Shown piece by piece: positions 58,746 through 64,000 of a stretch of 64,000 bases of DNA; positions within the stretch are counted from its first letter, which is position 1, and each line of letters starts with the position of its first letter. A program made the position numbers and the translations under genes. The notes below the pieces were generated by a model, which searched no databases, was not told the origin of the DNA, and worked only from the letters and a program-made list of their open reading frames with translations. The DNA comes from Antechinus flavipes (taxonomy: Eukaryota), in assembly GCF_016432865.1 (NCBI RefSeq), contig NC_067399.1, positions 45,012,001 to 45,076,000 of the forward strand. Reading direction: 5' to 3'.

Positions 58746-59383
58746 CTACTCAGAATGGAAGAACAAAGTCCCAGACACCACCAGTTACCTGCCAGCTAAA
58801 ATTCTCACACCCCTCCCCCCCTAATACCCTGAGCCATGGTCCTATACTTTATCCTCTGACTTCTTGACCTGTTTTCATCAGTTTCTTTATCTTTTGTACA
58901 AACTCTTGCAAAAAAAAAATGGAAATGAGTTTGATTGGAAAAGTGACTTCATTTTCTTTTTCAAAATTTCTCCCTTCACCAATGAGTAGTGAGAGTTAGG
59001 TATCCTTATGTGGTCTTCACTTCTACCAGCTCTAAAATAATCAAGGAATCAACAAGGTAGCCAACCTTAAAGAAGAAGTGGGAAAATTTGATTTAGGTGG
59101 TTTGATGCTCCTGTTTTAGGGCCCAGTATTTTCAAACATTTTCCCTATCTTTTGAAAGTATTGACCATTCCCCCCTCAGTGATTGTGACATGGAAGTCAA
59201 ACTTAGATTTGGTAGGAGGATAAGTAATGTTGGATGATGAAAAGAAAGTCAAGGAATGGGCTTGGCCATAAGATATTAGTAGTTAGCTACTTAATAATGA
59301 TAGCTCTGTGATAAAGGATAATTGTCTAGATTAGAGAGCTGTGTTCTTTCCTTACTATTGTGATGCTCTTGGGTCTGGCTCAC

Positions 59384-59503
59384 CTTTTCTGCCTGCTGGA
59401 GGATCTTCCTCTCAGCAGCACTAAGTCTTCTTGTAAATAAGCAGGATGGGGTTTTATCCCTGACAATGAGGTTGTCATCTTCAGACTCAGAGGATTGGTC
59501 CTC
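59384..59503 (-). CDS. Repeat exon Q (120 nt, open): EDQSSESEDDNLIVRDKTPSCLFTRRLSAAERKILQQAEK
   Basis: Acceptor shifted by 3 nt (gagtaatag), GTGAGC donor, 40 codons. Confidence 0.5.
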
Positions 59504-60171
59504 CTATTACTCATCATGGAAGAACAAAGTCCCAGACATCAGGACTTATCTGCTAGTTGAAATTCTCACCCCCCTCCCCAAAATCCTGAGCCATAGTTCT
59601 ATACTTCATACTGTGACTTCTTGACTTGTTTTCATCAATCTCTTTATCTCCTGTACAAACTCTTGCAAAGAAAATGGGAATCAGTTTGATTGGAAAAGTG
59701 ACTATCTTCATTTTCTTTCCCCATATTTCTTCCTTTACCAATGAATGATCAGAGTAGGTAGTCTCATGCCCTTCACATCCACCCGTTTCTCTCTTGTTTT
59801 TCAGCTCTAAAATAATCAAAGAACCAACCAAGTAGACAACCTCAAAGAGGAAGTGGGGAAATGTGGTTCAAAGGTCCAGTTGGTTTGATGCTCCTGCTTT
59901 AGGAGTCTTTATTTTCAAACATCCTCTTTACCTTTTGAAAGTTTTGACCATTGCCCTGAGTGAGAGTGACATGGAAGTGAAACTTGGATTTGGTAGGAGG
60001 ACAATTAATGTTGAATGATGAGCAGAAAGCCAAGGAGTGAGCTTGGTCATATTAGTTGTTAGCTACTTACTAGGGAATCTTAGCTCTGTGATAAAAGAAT
60101 AGATGTCTAGATTACAGAATGGCTGTTAAGAGCTGTGCCCTTTCCCCACTATTGTGTTGCTCTTGGCTCAC

Positions 60172-60303
60172 CTTTTTTGCTTGTGGAAGGCTCTTCTTAC
60201 GTGCACTAAGTCTTCTTTTGGGTGATTCCTGTTGCAATGGATAATATTTTGTCTTATTCCTGAAAACTAGGTTTTTATCCTCTGCTTTATAGTAGCTATT
60301 CTT
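60172..60303 (-). CDS. Repeat exon R (132 nt, open): KNSYYKAEDKNLVFRNKTKYYPLQQESPKRRLSARKKSLPQAKK
   Basis: gaatag acceptor, GTGAGC donor, 44 codons. Confidence 0.5.
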
Positions 60304-60411
60304 CTATTCATTATGGAAGAATAAAGTCCCAGACTTCAGCTATTATCTGTCAACTAAAATTCTCACTCTCCACACTTGAGCCACAGTCCCACACTTCATT
60401 CTGTGACTTTT

Positions 60412-60537
60412 TGGGGTTAAGTGACTTGCCCAGGATCACACGGCTAGGAAGTGTTAATTGTCTGAGGCAGGATTTGAACTCAGGTCCTCCTGACTTCAGG
60501 GCTAGTACTCTATCCACTGTACCAGGTAGCTGTCCCC
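60412..60537 (-). mobile_element. WSINE1-like SINE (tail lost) in an array intron
   Basis: tggggttaagtgacttgcccaggatcacacggctaggaagtgttaa...gatttgaactcaggtcctcctgacttcagggct...gtagctgtcccc. Confidence 0.8.
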
Positions 60538-60940
60538 TACAAATACTTTAAAAGAAAATGGGAATGGGTTTGGCTGAGGAAAGGACTGTCTTAACTTCTT
60601 TTCCCCAAGTTTCCTAACTCACTGAGAGAGTACAGGTACCCTCAACTGACTATGTAGCCAAGCTTAGGGAGGAAGTATGAAAAGTTGGTGTGAAGGTCCA
60701 GGTGGTTGGGTATTCCCATATATGGGCTCCCTCACTCTCCCTACATGATGAAAATAATGACCATTTCCCTCAATGGGTGTGATGTGGAAATAGTACAAAG
60801 CAACAAGTACTAGGGAAAGGTAGTAAGGAGGCTAGTCTAGAGAATGGCAAATATATGACTGGATAGATGTCTAGATTACAGGAGGACTATTCAGAGCTTC
60901 ACCCTTTCTCCACCACTTTGGTGCTCCTGGCTCTGCTCAC

Positions 60941-61075
60941 CTTTTCTGCTTGCTGAAGGATGATCCTTCTCTCAGGAGCACTAAGTCTTCTTGATGATGA
61001 GCCCCGTGGAAAGGGACAGTATGAGGTCTTGTCCCTGATAATCACGTTGTCATCCTCGGACTCAGAGAATCTGTC
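60941..61075 (-). CDS. Repeat exon S (135 nt, open): DRFSESEDDNVIIRDKTSYCPFPRGSSSRRLSAPERRIILQQAEK
   Basis: gagtag acceptor, GTGAGC donor, 45 codons. Confidence 0.55.
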
Positions 61076-61727
61076 CTACTCATCACGGAAAAACAAAGTC
61101 CCAGACATCACCAGTTACCTGCCAGCTAAAATTCTCACCCCCTAATACCCTGAGCCACAGCCCCACACTTCATCCTGTGACTTCTTGACTTGTTTTCACC
61201 AATCTCCTTGATCTCTTGTACAAACTCTTGCAAAGAAAATGAGAATGAGTTTGGCTGGAAAAATGATGGTCTTCACCTTCTTTTCCCAAATTTCTCCCTT
61301 TAGCAATGAGTTGTGAGAGCAGGTATCCTCGTGTGCCCTTCACTTCCACCCATTTCTCTTTTGTTTTTCAGCTCTAAAATAACCAAGGAACCAACTAGGT
61401 AGCCAAGAGGAAGTGGGAGAATTTGGTTCAAAGTTCCAGGTGGTTTGATGCTCCTGTTTTAGGACTCTATTTTTTTCAAACACCTTCCCTACCTTTTCAA
61501 AGTTTTGACTGTTGCCCTCAGTGAGTGTGACATGGAAATGAAATTCGGATTTGGTAGGAGGGTAAGTAATGTATGATGAGCAGAAAGCCAAGGAGTGAGC
61601 TTGGTCGTAAGATGTGAGTTGTTACTTACTAGAGAATCTTAGTTCTGTGACAAAGGATAGCTGCCTAGATTAAAGAATGACTTTTCAGAGCTGTGCCCTT
61701 TCCCCACTCTTGTGGGTCTCGGCTCAC

Positions 61728-61870
61728 CTTTTCTGCCTATAAGAGGATCTTCTTCTCAGGAGCATTAAGTCTCCTTGTAGATGAATCCTATTGCAATGGA
61801 TAATATTGTGTCTTATTCCTAAGAAGTAGGCTGTTCTCTTGGCCCCATAGGATCTATCTTCCTCCTCCTC
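61728..61870 (-). pseudogene. Repeat exon T, disabled
   Basis: No YAG acceptor and two in-frame TAG stops (CAA TAG GAT; TTA TAG GCA). Confidence 0.65.
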
Positions 61871-62520
61871 TTCATCATGGCAGAACAAAACCTCAGACTT
61901 TCAGCTATTACTTGTCAGCTAAAATTCTCTTCCTCCTCCTCCCCCAGTACCCTGAACCATAGTCCCACACTTGCATTCTGTGACTTATTGGCTTATTCTT
62001 ATCAATCTTTCTGATCTTTTCTACAAACACCAGCAAAAAAAAAAATTAGTAAGTTTGGCTGAGAAAGGGACTATTTTCACTTTCTCTTTCTCAAATTTCT
62101 TAACTCTTTGAGGAGCAGTGAGAGGAGGTGCTTTCATACCCTCCCTGCCCTCACGCATTTCTCCTTTGGTTTTCAGTTCTAAAACAACTAAGCAACCAAT
62201 TGGGTAGCCAAGCTAAAAGAGGAAGTAAGAAAAGCTGGTGTGAAGGTCCAAGTGGTTGGGTATTCCTATATTTGGGCTCTCACACTCTCCCTACATGGTG
62301 AAAATATTGATCAGTGCGCTTCAGTGGATATGACATGGAAGTAATACTTGACATTGGTGGGAGATAAGTAATGTTGGTTTTCACTAGGAAAGGTAGAAGT
62401 GAACTCGGTCATAGGATTTTAGATTTTAGCCACTGACTGGGGAGTGATAGTTGTATGACAGGATGGGTGCTCAGAGCTTTCTCCTTTCCTCACCACTTTG
62501 GTGCTCCTGGCTCTGCTCAC

Positions 62521-62658
62521 CTTTTCTGCTTGCTGAAGGAGCTTCCTTTCAGGAGAACTAAGTTTTCTTGATGATGAACCTCGTTGAAATGGACAGTCTG
62601 AGGTCTTATCCCTGATAATCATGTTGTCATCCTCGGACTCAGAGGATCTGTCCTCCTC
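62521..62658 (-). CDS. Repeat exon U (138 nt, open): EEDRSSESEDDNMIIRDKTSDCPFQRGSSSRKLSSPERKLLQQAEK
   Basis: gagtag acceptor, GTGAGC donor, 46 codons. Confidence 0.55.
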
Positions 62659-63259
62659 CTACTCATCATGGAAAAACAGAGTCCCAGACATCACCAGTTA
62701 CCTGGCTAGCTAAAATTCTGACCCTCCCAAACCCTGAGCCACAACCCCACACTTCATCCTGTGACTTCTTTATGTATCTTCATCCATCTCTTTGACCTCT
62801 TGTATAAATTCTTTCAAAGAAAGTAGCCATGGGTTTGGCTGAGTAAAGGAGTGTTTTTGACTTTCTTTTAATAGGTAGCCTTGTAGCCTCCTGCTCTCCA
62901 CTCTCCCCCGCTTCTCCTTTGATTTTCAACTCCTTGACAATGAAGCAATCAACCAGGTAATGAACTTCAAATAAGGAAGTGAGAAAAGGTGTTGCAAAGG
63001 TACAGCTGATCTGGTGCTCTTATTTTAGGAAATTGTATTTTAATACACTATACAGTGAAAGTATTGTGCCTCAGATAGTATAACATAGAAGCAAAATCTG
63101 GATTTGCTAGGAGATTAAATAAGATTGGATGATGAAGTTTTAGGTGTTAGCTCCTTACTGGAGAATGATACCTTTGTAATAGAGTACATGCTAGATTATG
63201 AACTGACTTTCAGAGATTTACCCTTTCCCCATCTTTTTGGTGTTCTTGGCTCTACTCAC

Positions 63260-63397
63260 TTTTTCTGCCTGCTTAAGAATCTTTTTCTCAGAAGCACTGA
63301 GTCGTCTTGTAGATGAGTCTCGTTGCAATGGACAGTTTTGTGCTTTATCCCTGAGAATTAGGTTGTCTTCCTCGGACTCAGAGAATCTATCCTCCTC
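63260..63397 (-). CDS. Repeat exon V (138 nt, open; weak GAG acceptor): EEDRFSESEEDNLILRDKAQNCPLQRDSSTRRLSASEKKILKQAEK
   Basis: Open frame and GTGAGT donor; the consensus TAG is absent, leaving only GAG. Confidence 0.4.
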
Positions 63398-64000
63398 CTC
63401 ATCATGGAAGAACAAAGTCCCAGACACATCAGTACTTATCTACTAGCTAAAATTCTCATCCCCCAATACCACAAGCCACAGTCCCACTCTTCATCTTGTG
63501 ACTTCTTGGTCTATTCTCATCAATCTCTTTAATCTCTTGTGCAAACTCTTGCCAAAAATGTTAGGAGTGAATTTTGTTGTAAAGGTAATTGTTTTCACTT
63601 CCTTTTTTCCATATTTCCTCTTTCCTCCAAGAGTGGCCAGAGTAGGGAGGCTTATGTCTTACTTACACTATTTCTCCTTTGGTTTTCAGCTCTAATACAA
63701 CCAAGCAACCAATCAGGTAGCTAACTTCAAAGAGGAAGTTGGGAAAGATGGTGCAAAGATCCAAGTAGTTTGGAGTATTCTTTTAGGACTCTATATTTTC
63801 AAACATCCTCCCTATCTGTTGAAAGTATTGACTTTTTTCCTAAGTGAGTGTGACATGGAAGTAATATCTGCCCTTTGGTGGAAGGATAAGTAAGGTTGTA
63901 TGTCTACCAGGAAACCTAGAAATGAGCTGGGTTATAGGATTTTAGGTTTTAGCCACTGACTGGGGAATGATTGCTCTGTGACCAAAAAATCGATGTCTAG

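Larger units (their letters stand above)
45923..64000 (-). repeat. Tandem array of at least 22 exon+intron units (about 0.65-0.8 kb) inside PMFBP1, continuing past the window end
   Basis: Recurrent plus-strand landmarks: ctgctcaccttttctgc (donor), cctactcatcatggaagaacaaagtcccagacatc (acceptor), cagctaaaattctc, cttgcaaagaaaatggga, gtgacatggaag, cttggtcataggattttagg and gatgtctagattacag. Exon 3' ends lie at 46663, 47383, 47814, 48726, 49657, 50284, 51029, 51813, 52530, 53920, 54658, 55028, 55838, 57178, 57846, 58608, 59384, 60172, 60941, 61728, 62521 and 63260. Confidence 0.95.

Noticed and set aside
46612-63446. ORF-track ORFs in the array (e.g. 49426-49830, 56981-57388, 57685-58059) as stand-alone genes
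   Set aside because: The minus-strand ones read through the GT donors into intron, and the plus-strand ones are antisense shadows or arise from the inverted insertion.
46000-64000. The array as a CRISPR-like array, an ERV/LTR cluster or a simple satellite
   Set aside because: The DNA is eukaryotic, the units are about 0.75 kb with no repeat-spacer structure, and there are no TG...CA termini or TSDs per unit. Each unit instead carries splice signals and an exon homologous to PMFBP1.

Overview
Vertebrate genomic DNA, almost certainly a marsupial. This rests on WSINE1-like and Mar1-like SINEs and marsupial-type L1 3' ends; a dasyurid such as the Tasmanian devil is an inference. The window holds the gene order seen on human 16q22: HP (+, 5 coding exons, 344 aa), TXNL4B (-, 149 aa), a CpG-rich bidirectional promoter, DHX38/PRP16 (+, 26 coding exons, about 1230 aa, with an apparent 1-bp frameshift in the 209-nt-type exon at 28546-28753), and the 3' part of PMFBP1 (-). 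The most unusual feature is at about 45.9-64 kb, where a ~0.75-kb unit containing a symmetric phase-0 exon (consensus 138 nt, 46 aa) is tandemly amplified at least 22 times and runs off the window end. The repeated exon aligns without gaps to the genuine PMFBP1 coiled-coil exon at 45785-45922. Sixteen copies keep an open frame with 3n lengths and six are disabled. Most open copies carry an acidic Ser cluster and an R-R/K-x-S motif that the parent exon lacks. The array also shows dimeric higher-order structure, dateable L1/SINE insertions and a complex inverted templated rearrangement. All exon boundaries were read by eye, and homology to human proteins comes from recalled sequences, not a database search.
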